DNA of 64,000 nucleotides, from positions 13,888,001 to 13,952,000 of the forward strand of contig NC_086374.1 in assembly GCF_036588685.1 (NCBI RefSeq), written 5' to 3'. The translations under genes were made by a program, and so were the position numbers. The notes under the pieces are model-generated. The model was given only the letters and a program-made list of their open reading frames with translations. It was not told where the DNA came from and made no database searches. The stretch comes from Mytilus trossulus (lineage: Eukaryota). Position 1 is the stretch's first letter, and every line of letters begins with the position of its first letter. Positions 14,501-28,724 of this stretch are shown piece by piece.

Positions 14501-14936
14501 ACTTCGATCGCGTACACACTCAGTAGGATAACATATAGCACTTCATTCACAAATCTTTTACAAAACGTAACATTTCGTCCGCGCATCATGAACACTAATC
14601 AACGCGTTATACTTTCAAGCAACGCGTTGCAATTGAATTATTGAACATACAAAGCTAAATTGATTGCAGTGTTCAGTCCGAATAAAAGCTGCTCCTATAT
14701 ATATCTTTTTTTGTATTTTTTGTATTTGTTAAATAGATATATATTTGTATATATAGTGTCTCATAAGCCTTTCTACGCTGGGTATTTGTCTTATTTTATT
14801 ATTGTGCAATGTATATTATATAAACTGTATAAACAATCTGTAGACAAGTATGTGACACTTTAATAAAATAAATCATTATTATTATTATTATTATATCTTT
14901 GATTGAAAACATGATTCTTGAAATAGCTGTGTTAGA

Positions 14937-16384
14937 ACTCAAATCTATGGTGGGGTCCAAATCTATGGCAGATTCCTAATCTATGGTAAATGTGACGTCA
15001 TGCCATCCCAAATCTATGGCAGATTTTTACAATCCTAATCTATGGTAGGTTTTGTAGTTTCCTGGTCTTTGGCGGATTTTTGTTGTTTTTAAATCTATGG
15101 CAGATGTTACGCAAATGGAAAACAATGCAGTAAATATAAGTACCCGGCCACATCCACTTGTATTTTTTGTCTATCTGATGAGTTAAGCCTTTTTCAACTG
15201 ATTTTTATAGTTCATTCTTATGATGTACTGTTATACCACTGTCCCAGGTTAGGGGGAGGGTTGGGATCCTGATAACATGTTTAACCCCGCCAAATTAATA
15301 TGTATGTGCCTGTCCCAAGTAAGGAGCCTGTAATTCACTGGTTGTCGTTTGTTTAAAGTGTTACATATCTGTTTTTCGTTCATTTTTTTACATAAATAAG
15401 GCCGTTAGTTTTCTCGTTTGAATTGTTTTACATTGTCTTATCGGGGCCTTTTATAGCTGACTATATGCGGTATGGGCTTTGCTCATTGTTGAAGGCCATA
15501 CGGTTAGCTATAATTGTTAATTTTTGTGTCATTTTGGTCTTTTGTGGATAGTTGTCTCATTGGCAATCATATGGTCACATCTTCTTTTTTATACGGCTAA
15601 TGATTTATCCAAAAGAAGTTGATGTTTACGACAACGGGAGCCTGTCTATAAACCTTTTTGAAATAAACATTCCATAATGGTCAAATCGTGAATAATTCGT
15701 AAACGATGAATTCATATACCTTAATATAGACTTTGAAATTGAAATTGAAATTGTGTGTCCTGTAAAAAAAAACGTTTTCTAAATTGCGCATGGTACCTGT
15801 TTAACCTATTCATTAATCCAACTAGTACATGTACATGTAAGTCCCTTAACAAACACAACGGAAGTTTTTTTTCTAAAACAAAAATATAAATAAAAGTGAA
15901 CAGTTTTCGTTTTCAAATAATATTTATTTCATTGTTCATACATATTTGATGGTATCCGGTAATTTTTTCTTTCATTTTAAAAACTTTGCCCGCCGTAGTC
16001 CAGATAACTTATTTTCTTAAAATATCATGTACTGAAAAAGAGGTGCCATCGGTCATCGCGGGGTTCGGACGGTACAGCACACTCTGTCCCTCTTCCGGAC
16101 AATAGGTCACATCTTCTTGTAAACCTTCCTCAAATTAAATTGTTTTCGAGGGACAAATCTTCATCTGGAATGGTGCTAAAATTTATGGGTTTGCCATCGT
16201 TAGCGGCGGCGACGATGTAATATGGCGTTATTCAATTGTGACGTTATGTGTTAAATCTACCATAGATTTGGAGAAAACAAAAATCTGCCATAGATTTGAG
16301 TTGTTTGTCGTTTGTAACGTCATATTTACCATAGATTAGAAATCTACCATAGATTTGGAACCCGCCATAGATTTGAGTCCTACA
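14937..16384. mobile_element. Non-autonomous foldback-like TIR element with AAATCTATGG subrepeats; present only in duplication copy 2
   Basis: Five or six 'aatctatgg' at the left end and five 'ccatagatt' at the right end, which finishes 'gagtcctaca'. The left terminus lacks TGTAGG. A nested repeat sits at ~15130-15592. Confidence 0.9.
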
Positions 16385-19300
16385 TAATAAACAGTTACCT
16401 TACGTGAACAAGATGATAAGTTTGGTCTTTGTATGTTATGTTTGCCTTTTTAATTGTCCCTTTTCTAATTGGAACAGTTCGTCATTGATCTTATTGAAAC
16501 AACTTATTGAAGAATTTTACACTTACATGAATTGAAATGAAAATAGATATTGAAAATTCAATCACCACATACTTTTGATAAGGAATATATCTTTGTTTAA
16601 ACAAAAATATGGACTATTATTTTCGCAATGTTTAAAACATCAATAAATGGTCTGACGTTTAAACCAAAGTTACACATTGATGTGTAACAAGTACTCTGAC
16701 GATCTCAAATAACCCAACTGACACTGACAACCAAGTTTTTTTTTGTTACATATACGATATCGATATTTTTCAAAATGATGAATTTGACAAATTTAAAGCA
16801 AATCTTAATTTCAGAATAAGAGTAACCCAATGAAGAAAATGTGCAATGACTTATAATCATAAATATAATTTAAAAATTCAGCTTTACTCATTACATGTTC
16901 TTTTATTTTTAGAACATTAGATACGGGACAAAGAATTGATATGGGGATTGGGTATATCGTATTATAATGTATTGAGATAATCATTTTTGGTTAACTTAAC
17001 AATTCAAAAGCATCGCAAGCAGACGTTATTTGGGGGGTGAGACATTTTAGCCAAGAAAACCTTTTTTAAGAACACAAAAGATTTAGTGCTAAGTTACCAC
17101 TATACATTGCAAGGATGTTAAAGCATCATAAAGGACAAAAAATAAAAACCTTTTGACTTTGAATTGCCCCTTAAAACTATTCGATAAAATTTTAGGAGAG
17201 AAGAAAAGAAGTGCCAAGCTCTTTACCATGACATTTGGAAGCCCAAGTACTGATTTTTCTATCAAAGACATACACAAATGTTTGTATCGTTTTTAAAAGC
17301 ATCCGTAAGATAATACTTTCTAATTTAAGTGAAATTAAACAACCATGACTTTTAATGTTAAACGTCACCACAATTTTAAAACAATTTTTAGTTTTGTTTT
17401 AAAACCAATGTATCTGTCTAACGAGAAAATAATATTTTCTTAGTAATTTTCTCTGTATATGCAAATCCTTCTGTTATACATATTTCCACTGAGGGATAGA
17501 TAAAATGAGTTCATCTAATTTGTTTCAGTGTAACTTTAGGGTTTACATTACAGTCATGCATCTGAATGCTTTCTTTCATATAACTAATTTTATGATTTTG
17601 TAAATCATTTAATCTAGGTTAAGTTTAATGTTAAAACAATTATAAAATATATAACCTTTATGTCTTTAATTATAAAAGCGACAAAAAATAGTATTCTATC
17701 GCACGTCTGGACTGGGAACCAGTTTGTCTTTGACTTATGAAAAAGAAAACGTGGTATAATTGCCATTTAGACAAATCTCCACAAGTGACCAAATGACACG
17801 GAAATTTACAATTTTAGGTCATCGTACGACCTTCAACAATGAACAAAACCTAGTCGGCTATGAAAGGCCCTGAAATCAAAAGTGTAAAACAATTCAAATG
17901 AGAAAACTAACGTGGGGTAGATGTGTTTGGTGTTTCTGATTCAGATTCTTCCATGGATGCTGGTCTATCTCTGTTAGATTCTTCACTGGCACTAGGAGCT
18001 CGTCCTATGTTCTATTTTTGGGGAAAATATGAAATATAACTTTGATGATTAGTTTTATTCTACAATCAATTCAAACTTTATTATTAGTAAACAAATCTAA
18101 CCTTCAACGAATATATATATGATGAAATAAATATTAAAAAAAAATTCCAAACAAAAATATGTTTACCCTTCTAAAAATGGGTTTGTTTAAGAATGTGTCC
18201 ATAGTACACGGATGACCCAATCGCACTATCATTTTCTATGTTCAGTGGACCGTGAAATTTGGGTCAAAACTTAAATTTGGAATTAAAATTAGAAAGATCA
18301 TATCATAGGGAACATGTACTAAGTTTCAAGTTGATGTAACTTTAACTTCATCAAAAACTACCTCGACAATTTTTTTTAACCTGAACTTCGAACTATCATT
18401 TTCTATGTTCAGTGGACCATGAAATTGAGGTCAAAATTATAATTTTGCATCAAAATTAGTAAGATCATGTCATGGAGAACAGGTGTATTAAGTTTCAAGT
18501 TGATTGGACTTCAGCTTCATCAAAAACTACCTTGAACAAAAAACTTTAACCTGAAACGAACGGACGCACGAAGGGACGGACGAACGAACGGAGGCACAGA
18601 CCAGAAAACACAATGCCCCTCTCCTATCGAAGGTAGGGAATAGAAAAAAATAAAAAATAAGATATGTAACACAGCAACAAACGACAACCATAGGATATGA
18701 CAGGCACATACATACAGAATGTGGCGAGGTTTAACATGATAGCCGAATCCCAACCATCCCCAAACCTGGGACAGTGGTGTTAAAAGTAAAATCACAAAAA
18801 TACTGAACTTAGAGGAAAATCAATTCGGAAAGTCCATAATCACATGGCAAAATGAAATAACAAAACGCATCAAAAACGAATGTAACAGAGCAGTATAAGA
18901 ACGAACTATCAAATTCAGTTGAAATCAGATGGATACAAATAGAAATACATTTATTAAAAACACAGAGTGAACGTGGCCGGGTACTTGTACATCCCAACAA
19001 CAAAAAGACACTAAGTACAGAGCTGAGAGTACTCGCAGTCACTAGCAGCTAGTTCAAACCAATAACAACTAATAATAAAAAAAATCATACATCTAAGACT
19101 AAAAAATCAATCAGTACAAATCCTACATCTAATGGATTTAATGTAAAGACGTCATAAACAATCAGAGAAAAACATAACCTTAAGTGCAATATGAAAAAAG
19201 GTGGTATAATTGCCAATGAGACAACTATCTACAAGAGACCAAATGACAAAAAAAATAACAATCATAGGTCACCTTAAACAATGAGCAAAGCCCATTCTGC

Positions 19301-20842
19301 ATAGTCAGCTATAAATGGTCCCGAAATAGCAAATTTAAAACAATTTAAAATAGAAAACTATTGAATTACAGGCTCCTGGCTTGAGACAAGCACATACATA
19401 CATAATGTGTAATAGTATAACAAAAGAACGAACTATAAAAATCAGTTAAAAAAGGCTTAAATCATCATCAGATGGATACAGATCGAAATACATCTGACAA
19501 AAACAGAGTGGACGTGGCCGGGTACTTGTATATCCCAACAACAATGTCAACATGTAGGAGTCGACAGTTTAAAATATAGTATGCATTTAATGTGTCAACA
19601 GCTGCTTATCTATTATTATGCTTTCTTGTTTTGTTACCGTCTTGATGGAAAGTTTTTCAAATGAAACTTGCTGTTTTTCATTTGTTAAATTCAAATTTCA
19701 GCTCACGCTTTTTCAAAACTTAATTAATAACACAATTTAATTTTTCAACAAATTCAATGGGATAAGCAAACCTCGGTAAACAATCACCTAGCCCACAAAG
19801 ACAATAGACACTATTTCTATTTTAAGTTAGAACATTTTCATCTCTCTTGAAACTTTGAAGTCCATAAAGAATTTTAATTCAAAGAATATAGTCTTTACGA
19901 GTTCTTTCACATCAGAGAAACTATAAAAGAAACATGCAATATTCCCACAAAACTTGTGCATCTGAGTTTGTGATTTATAATACATTTTATAACATTTTTA
20001 CATTAACGAACAATACTTGTGTTTTATTTTTATTGATTTTGTTTCCTACAAGTATTATCCTGAAAGCTTCCATTGTGAATACAAGAATAGTAATTCCAAC
20101 ACCAATACAATCATACAAATAACTTTGTTTAAACATCAGATATTAGTAAATCTCTTTGTGCTCTAAAGTGGCTAAAATTGATATTTAGAGACAAAATGAT
20201 TTTATATCGGATATAACTTATTTGCAACAGACTACAAAACAGTGATAAACATTATCTTCATAGCTGTTTACGTCTACAAAGAAACACTAAACCTATATCA
20301 ATAAAACTTATTGTTCGGGTTAGCACATTTTAAAATAGAATACCGTATGTATACGAATGCCGAAAAGATTGGAAAATGTAAACAAAGATATGACTTCCGG
20401 CTACGCAAGCTTATTTTGTCAATACTAATAAATTCAGATCTACATTTTGAAAATTGACTCTCAAACTGTAGCATGTCAATCACCGAACGAAATTGATACA
20501 CACCATGAGCAATTTAATGGGTGCCACTAGTGGATCTGGATCTGTCACCCTTCCAGGGCACCCTAAATTACCCTTCGTTTTCGTTGACCAACCTGTTTCT
20601 TTAGTATACGATATAGTATTTTCTGTCGTTTTTTTTTTAAATGGCGTTTTCAGTTGTTTTTTTTCCCATTCACATTGTGAGTTTTCAACTGTCTCTCTCT
20701 CTTTTTGTCTACTGTTTAACTATCCATTCCCAATCTTGACCGTCATATTTGAATAGTGCCCTGCTTTAAAAATCGCCAGTACGACATTTACATTTAAAGC
20801 ATTAATATCTTGCATACAATTAAGCCTTCTCACTAAATTATA

Positions 20843-21194
20843 GAGAGCCGTAGTGTAGTGGTTAGTGCATCGGACTACTAACACAAAGGTTCCTGGTTCG
20901 ATTCCCGTTTGGGATGAAAATTTTAGGAACTAAATTTTCGGCTCTCCCTTGACACCATTTGCGAGTATGGTCTTGAGGAAACGATGATAGTCCGTCGGAC
21001 GGGGACGATAAATGGCTGGCCCGTGTTAAGAGAGAGCCACATCTCTTGCACGTTAAAGACACCCTTGTAGATTTCGAAAAAGAGTAGGCTAATGCCGCTA
21101 CAAGGCAGCACTCGTACCCGCAAAGTGGAAAGGGATTAATATAAGTTGCAAAACTTGTTTCCCAATCCACTATAAATAAATATGTTTAAACTAA
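20843..21194 (+). mobile_element. tRNA-derived SINE, probably Deu/Nin-domain type
   Basis: A box TAGTGTAGTGG and B box GGTTCGATTCC; central 'ggacgataaa...gcacgttaaagacacc...gaaaaagagtagg'; (CTAAA)n tail; TSD 'actaaattata' at 20832-20842 and 21195-21205. Confidence 0.9.
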
Positions 21195-23249
21195 ACTAAA
21201 TTATAACAAATTTATAAAAGAAGACGCCTTCCAAAATATTCTGTTAATTTAAAAAAAAAAAGTGGCACGAAAGCGGCACTGATTTAAGCTTGACATAATG
21301 AAAATGGCAAATGGTTAATTTTCCGAATTTGTTTATAATGAATGTTTTAATGTCCGCTAACAACAATCAATAACCATGCATCCTTATTACAAATATTTGT
21401 CATGGGATTACAAAATTCAACTTGTAATAAAAGTTGACACCATAAAGTGTAATTTCATCTTCAAATCTAATAGAATTACCAACTTAAATAAACACACTTT
21501 TTTTGATTAAAAGTTTTTGACCACTGAAATGACCTGACGTTTTTCTCTCGAGATATAAATATACATATAAAGTAAGTTAGTAATGTTCAGTTTGTTCCTA
21601 AATTGAGAACGCCATATTAAACAAATATTTAACAATAAATATGGTAAAGTCATTTATAATTAATTCGACTACTTTATGTCCGTTGTGGTCAAATGTTGTT
21701 TGCTTTTCTCAAGAGGTATACCATATGTTATACATTTTACAAAGCAAATATAAATCAATTCACTGTCCACCCTCAATGAATATAAAACATAGAAATGGGC
21801 CGTTTCAATATTTAAAATAAAACCGACACAGGTTTAATCATAAGCATACCTCATGGGAAAAATCACAGTTATGATTAAGACAGAAGTTAAAGTATCATTG
21901 TAAAATATTTATTGTAACCAAAAGGGTGATGTTATATACCCTCCTTGCTGTAACTACTTATCAAGCTTTTAGTACAATTCTATTATTGCTAATAATGAAC
22001 TTGTAACCAAACTACTTATTAAAACACAAATGGCAGCTTGATATCTACGCAACACTTAAAAGTTTATCAATATTGGGTATGATAGTACTGCCCCTAGTTT
22101 ATTTCCTTTGCCAGGTAATGTCTAGTCACCTATAGGCGGAGCTAAGTACTTATGCATCCCGCTAATGTTTGTTTGTGCTGATGTCAATGTTTGTATTATT
22201 GTCTTCCATTTTTGCTATTATGCTTTGTCTATATGCCATTTTGTTTTTAATTTGTTGACATATTTTTTTTTATATTGATTAATATTATGACACAATGTTA
22301 ACTACTGTACCCCTATCTATTTTTACATCTGTACCTATTTTGTCTGTTTATTTATTCACACATTGGTGTCAATATAATGGAATTTATCGTGACTGTCATA
22401 CAAGTGAGAGGTTTAGCTAGCTTTAAAACCAGGTTAATCCACTATTTTCTACATAAGGGAAGCCTTTTCCAGTCAGAAATACGACAGTTGTTTTCCATTT
22501 GTTTGATGTTTTGGAGCTTTTGACTTTGCAATTTGAGGAAGTTTTTTTTATAAGTGAATTATCTGTTGGGCTTGATATCTTGTTTTGTTCTTTTAAATTT
22601 TAGGTGGGATTTTTTGAAACACTATTATCAACGTGCATATATGATTGCCATTTTTTGCAATATTTTGTACTTCACTGTTTTTGAATTAAGTAAAATCAAA
22701 ACTGGTCAAAAAAGACAAAACAATGTGTGCACGTGCTTGCTCTTCTATTTTACAGTTGTGGGTTATTTGCACGTGAGAGAATACTGTACTCTTTGTTTTA
22801 TTTATATTTCAGACATTCATCAACATGATAAGGTTTCGTTGTTTCAATTCATTGTTTCAATCACCCAAATAATATATTGTTTTGTATGAGTTACATTTCT
22901 CAAATGAGTTTCAGAAAATATAAAAGCAAACAGTACTTTTTTTAAGTTTTTCAAACGAACGTGGCGTAATCAAGCAAGATCGTCCTTTCCTTTTTGTAAA
23001 ATGATTCAATAGCTGATTCATGTGATGTACGATTATATGTTTTGTAAATATCTATAATAGATTTTCTGATGTAACAAATTCATAGAGGGTGTATAGTAAT
23101 AAGAAACATATCTTATGATTCATGTAAAAAGTTGTCACTTTGACACATTACCCATTTCAATTTTCAAGACAATTAATGAAAAACAAATACTATGGCAAAA
23201 AGCTACAAGCTACAAAGCTACTGTAACGACTAGGAATAAGTACCAAAAA

Positions 23250-23415
23250 TGTGGCGCAGTGAATATTATATGTCTGTGAACATGTTTGTGAGCGTCAAAT
23301 TTTAGTGTGCTGCTTGTACAAAAATATATTGGCGCGGTATCGCAGAAGTATTTTAGTGTGCTTCTTGTACAAACATATATTGGCGCGGAAACATAGAAGT
23401 ATTTTATGTAGTGCC
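23250..23415 (+). repeat. Short tandem array of ~48-51 bp units, about 3 copies
   Basis: 'ttttagtgtgct.cttgtacaaa.atatattggcgcgg....agaagta' repeated. Confidence 0.7.
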
Positions 23416-23797
23416 TTGGTTGACATTGATGTAAAATAATGAGTTTTTTCAAGACTTATTTCATTCTTTTATCGTTTTACCTGTCTTACCTTATATTGAA
23501 CGGTCCGTGGTATTTGCAGTACTCACCAACTGCCAAAACATTTTCAAATATGTACATGTATGTCTCTTATCATTGCAGAAATGGATTTTTGTCTTGAAAG
23601 TAACTGTTGAGAGTTGCAGTTTAACAAGCAACTTTGAGAGTACATTTAACCAAATATGGTAATGAACTTGATATTGTTTTTCATTTTTGGAACTCTTTGG
23701 AAACTTTCTGAAATGTTTCATACATGGTTCGGTATCCATCGTCTGTTGATGATACGATGTGTATGATTCAAATGTACATACATGTTTATTATATATA

Positions 23798-25275
23798 TGT
23801 AACACTCAGAAACGTGTCCTTCCCCCAAAACGTGTCCGATTCCCCCAAACGTGTCCATGTTGACGTCACTGAACTGCAAAAGATGGCTAGATCAAAACAT
23901 CGCCAAAGCCTGTGATTTGTATAAACGCCCAAACGTGTCCATTTCTCAACTTACCCCAAACGTGTCCAATGCCAAAAACGTGTCCATATCAAGCGTTATT
24001 TGGTTAGTGCTATTCCATTAATACTAATTTATACTAATTTTACCATTTCATAAAAAATATAGATAAGGTACTTTTTCAAACCGGCCGAAAAACTGGGTAA
24101 AAGTGGGGGCGTCATTTCGACTATGTCGTATGTAAATAGGAAGCAAACATATTTAGTAAAACTGGACAGTTAACGGATGAAAGTGTCCCTTTCTCTGTTC
24201 TCTCTAAATATTTTAAAACACCGGCTTCTGGACGATCAACAGTCTAAAGTTAATTTATACAGTGCAAATGTAAAAATAAAATCTTCTAACCTATTTTCTC
24301 TCTAAATATGCATGAAATACTTGCAACTGGACAATACGCAATCATCAGTTTAAAGATAACTTAAACAATATAGAACAGTAAAATCATTAGAGCATTATGT
24401 TCTCTAAATATGCATGACATACTTGCAACTGGAAATACGCTATCAACAGTCTAAAGTTAATTTATACAGTACAAATTAAATTTGCAATTTCGGTAACCTC
24501 TAATAACCGGCGTTGATCACATACTATTTATATTAATAAAAAGAATCTATAAATCCAATGCATGAAATATTTGACACTGGACGTTATGTCTCTTGATCGT
24601 GTGTCTTTAGTGATGCTGGAAACCTAAAATTTATTTAAAAAAAAAAACGGATAACCAGTTGATGATTTGATGAGGTTTTGAAATACACACACATTCAGAT
24701 GGAGAACTTTTAACAAAATCAAAATTCAAAAAAAATGCTGCTTAACGCCCGCCATGCAATATTCAGATAAATATAAAAAGCATCAACGGAGTTTATAAGT
24801 ACAAACTAATTTACAAAGTTACCGATTAATTCAACTCTATAATTATTCAGTGTAGGTTCGCTCTAAATGAGTATGAAATACTTGCCACTGAACAATTAGC
24901 AATTTCAGTCAAAAGATAATTAACAATTACAGATTAAATTTGGAATTATGATATTCATTTAAAACCTACATTATATAGCTAAAGCTAATGAATAAAAAGT
25001 TTGTCACCTGTGTCACCATCAATGAATTGCCGTAAAGTTAACGTTATCAGCGTTTTTATTTAGGAGTTACATGTAGTAACGCTTAAAGACGTGAGACGTT
25101 CTGGCGTTAAATATTGGACACGTTTTGGCGAATAACATTTATCGGACACGTTTGGGTGTTATGACATCGGACACGTTTGGGGAATATTGTACTTTTCGGA
25201 CACGTTTAGGGAGAAAAGACACGTTTGGGGGAATCGGACACGTTTGGGGGGAAGGACACGTTTGGGAGTGTTACA
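23798..25275. mobile_element. Non-autonomous TIR element, TGT...ACA ends, AAACGTGTCC subrepeats, TATA flanks (Ginger-like or foldback)
   Basis: Left 'tgtaacactcagaaacgtgtcc' and right 'ggacacgtttgggagtgttaca'; six or seven subrepeats at each end. Confidence 0.9.
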
Positions 25276-27902
25276 TATATACAAGGTGTTATTATCATAA
25301 ACACATTTTTCTCTTTCGTTGCAACTGATATAATTAAGGAATTATATCTCATTTCAAAACAAATGGTTTTATGAAGTTCATTTCTATTCTTAAGGAAGAT
25401 TATCTTATTATCAGATATATTTTAGATATCTTACCCGGATGTTCTTTATAGTTATCATAAAGTCGATAAAATATTTAATCTTTCATGCCAGTCAGACAGT
25501 ATCTAGTAGTTATTTGTCAAACTTCCGTTTTGATGTTTTCTTAATAAGAGTAAGCTCCGTTTTATGCCGAATAGATTGGACAACTAAGAATGAATTTGAC
25601 CACATCTGATGGAAATCTACCAGAATACCGAGTATAATTCCTTTACGACATTGGGTATGAAATATTCTTTTGCTGATACGTTTTGTAATTTAGATATTAA
25701 TTCTCAGACTGATATGTCATTTGTTTGGAAATGTGAGATGCAGAATCAATCTTATCAATGAGAAACTGTGGTCAGCTGGTATGACCGATTTCACTATTAC
25801 TAAAGGCTATTTATTGCCATCTTATTTATTTTGTGTATCTTCTAGATACATTTTGTACTTCTCAAATATATTTTACACTTAATGCTTCTTAAAAAAGAGA
25901 TCATGTTATTGCATAAATTGCTGCATACCATTCAATATGATAAAGCTTTCTGACAGTTTAATAATAAGACGGGGGTGAAATATAGTAAAAAAACGCTGCG
26001 ATTTCAAGCAGATATCTAGATTCCAATTTAACGATACTTAGTTTCTATTAAAGCTTTATTATGCATGCCTTTAGATGTTTTTCTGGTTATTATAAAAATA
26101 CAAGGAGATGTGATATGATAGCGAATGAGACAACTATCTACCCGAATTCAAATGAAGTGAACGTAGGCATTATAGGCTATCATAATGGTCTCCAAGTATG
26201 ACAAACTCCATACCGTAAAGCTGGCTTTAAAATGCTTATGTTTTGAGCCGAGTACAAATACAAAACATATTTTGAGACAATGCTCGCATATAATTATTTT
26301 CTTTATACTGCTACTCTTACAACCGTTCTATAAATGAAATATCTTTGTGAAAAACATTTTTGGAGCAACGCCGAAACATTCCGGGAATCTGTATTATTTA
26401 TTGGCGCCAGAAGTAAAACTCATTAAACGCATTGTCGACCTTTGCGATATGCGGTCTGTAAATCATTTAAGGTCCTTTTAATCTGACCGCGCAAACAGCA
26501 CAGTTTAAGTAAACACATGTAACTTCATGTATCACATATTTTAGATTCGTCTACTGTGTTCTTGTTATCCCCTTTTGAAATCAAAATTTAAAAAAAAATA
26601 AAGACACGATTGAAAGGTTTTGTGTTTTCAATTCCAAGACACTAAAAATACAGTCAACTCGCATCAAGTGCTGGATGTATACAATTTTCGATATTGACCA
26701 GATTTAATATATAATGCAAACAAAATATTCATTAACTGCTTGACCTTCTTGTACTGCAACAAACATTGTTATAGTGTCTATATTCTTTGAAAGGAGTGTT
26801 TAGATTAACAACACCAGATGTCATTTCCATAATTATTCAGTACTTGACAACACTCACAAATACTTTACAAATGATGGTCATTGTTCGTCAAATAAAATAA
26901 TCAGGTTTCTCAGAAATTACAGTAGACAGTTATACAAAAACGTCTGCAGTATATTAGATACTTCAACATGAAAATATCATTGTTTACTGACCTTGTTAGT
27001 CAATAGTAAAAGGTTAAAATATGAACGGCAATTAATTCTAGTACATAAATCTTACAAAAGTGAATCGCCTATCAAATATACGTATAGCCTTAAGATGACC
27101 TGGATCATAAGTATGCACTTCACCGTTCTTTATTGTAAGGAATTGATTTGTTGGTATATATCCATGCATACATTTGTACCATACATATTTGATTTTACAC
27201 ATTTAAACTGCGAACGTTTTATTTAGATTGACGCTTTTGAAAAAGGTTAAGGTTATACTAAACACGAACTACCTTTAAAAAAACAACAACCCCAAAAACA
27301 AACCAGAAAAAACAACTCTTATCAGGTCTCAAATTCTTAAAGATCACAGTATAAAGACAGCACACTTAAATATGGAAAGTTCCTGTCTGTGTTTAAACAA
27401 TGAAACTATCTGACATGCAACCAAAGCTGTTTTAGATAAAATAAAATAATAAAAAAAAAAATTTAACAAAGCATTTAGAGGCCAACAGTCTTCAAGACTT
27501 GAGTGATTCATACAATCTGTCAAGCTTTCAATCAATTCCCCTGTTAAGAAAATAAAGACGAATTCAAAAGATGCTGTAAAAGACTTCTTAGCTTATCATA
27601 CAGAAATTCTCCAAAATGATAAAATGTAGAAAAGAGAAAAAGAATTGAAATAATAAATAGACACTAGTCCTAAGGTTCCTGACCGGCGACAATCACAGGC
27701 ACATGTTGCAGGTTGAATTTTTTTATCTTTCAAAAACATGTATATTTTTACAAATAATAATTGAATTTTTTTTTATTAAAAAATATCTTCATGGGACATA
27801 ACATTTGCATGCCTAGATGAATCTTTAGGAGAACCTCATGCAAAAAATTAGAAACTAAAGATCTATAAATATGTTATATACTAGTCAACAAAAGAAACGA
27901 TA

Positions 27903-28724
27903 CAAGACTTTTCTTCAAATTAAAGATAAAGTTTTCCGTTAATTTGACCAATAGTAATACTTAATCATTATATGGAAATATAAATCCGTTTAAAAAAATA
28001 TTTTTTTGCTTTCGTGACGTTTTTTCGCGATTTTTTTTTTTTTTTACAAAATTAACATAAAACGACAATTTAAAAAAACAGAAGTGCCAACTAATGATGC
28101 CAACCTCTCATTGGAAGGTAAATACGGTGTTTGCCATCAATTTGTTTTTAAAAATCCTACAGTTTCTTCGTTTATTTGTTAAGCAAAGTTCGGCATCACG
28201 AGAAATCGTTAAAATGTATACATTATCAACTGATTTACCATACACAGTATGTGTTATGTGATATTCAAAAAGCGGTAACAATCTTAAAAGTAATCCAAGA
28301 GGTTTCAAATTTACTGTGTGTTGTTTTCATATTAAAAGCATTGATTTTAGACAAAAATAAAAATTATTTTTTTTTGCATTTTTTGAGATTTCAAAAAACA
28401 CCTTTTTTTCCAAAAAAATTGAAAAAACAATATTTCAACCAATTAGTTGCAACATGAACATAACTTGATTATCATATTGAATATTTTTTAACAAATTTGA
28501 AATTTTATTCAGTACTTAGAAAATTAAGTGTAGATTTTTTATTCAACTTTCCGCGAAACTAATTTGCACCCTATGATCGTTTACACGGAATTTAGAAACT
28601 TTCTGACAAGTTTTGATTTTCATTATCACATGTGCATACATTGCAAATGAAAGCTTTTTAAAGTAGTGTATCTCATTTTGTTTTATATTTAATACTTTTT
28701 GATAAATTTTATTTCAAAGTCGTG
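27903..28724. mobile_element. MITE inserted into the left TIR of the larger element (CACGACTTT-type ends, TA TSD)
   Basis: 'ta|caagacttt ... aaagtcgtg|ta'; removing it nearly restores the TIR. Confidence 0.7.

Larger units (their letters stand above)
4773..20251 (+). repeat. Tandem segmental duplication: copy 1 at 4773-12283, copy 2 at 12284-20251
   Basis: 'aggaccaccagggattggaac' occurs at 4773 and 12284; both copies end in 'agtgataaaca'. ORF-track peptides are duplicated (7128/14660, 9114/17089, 10839/18809). Confidence 0.97.

Noticed and set aside
15170-15215. Hammerhead at 'ctgatgagttaagcc' (also ~34818)
   Set aside because: CUGAUGA is present but there is no correctly placed stem II plus GAAA and no closing stems.
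20843-20915. tRNA gene
   Set aside because: A and B boxes are present, but the anticodon and acceptor stems pair poorly and it continues into a SINE body with a tail and TSD.
22554-22889. 111 aa ORF or possible plus-strand exons
   Set aside because: Starts inside a repeat, AT-rich hydrophobic bias, no recognisable motif; splice signals alone are insufficient.
25110-25275. Repeat-spacer array of GGACACGTTT
   Set aside because: These are subterminal repeats of a TIR element, mirrored at 23798-23990.
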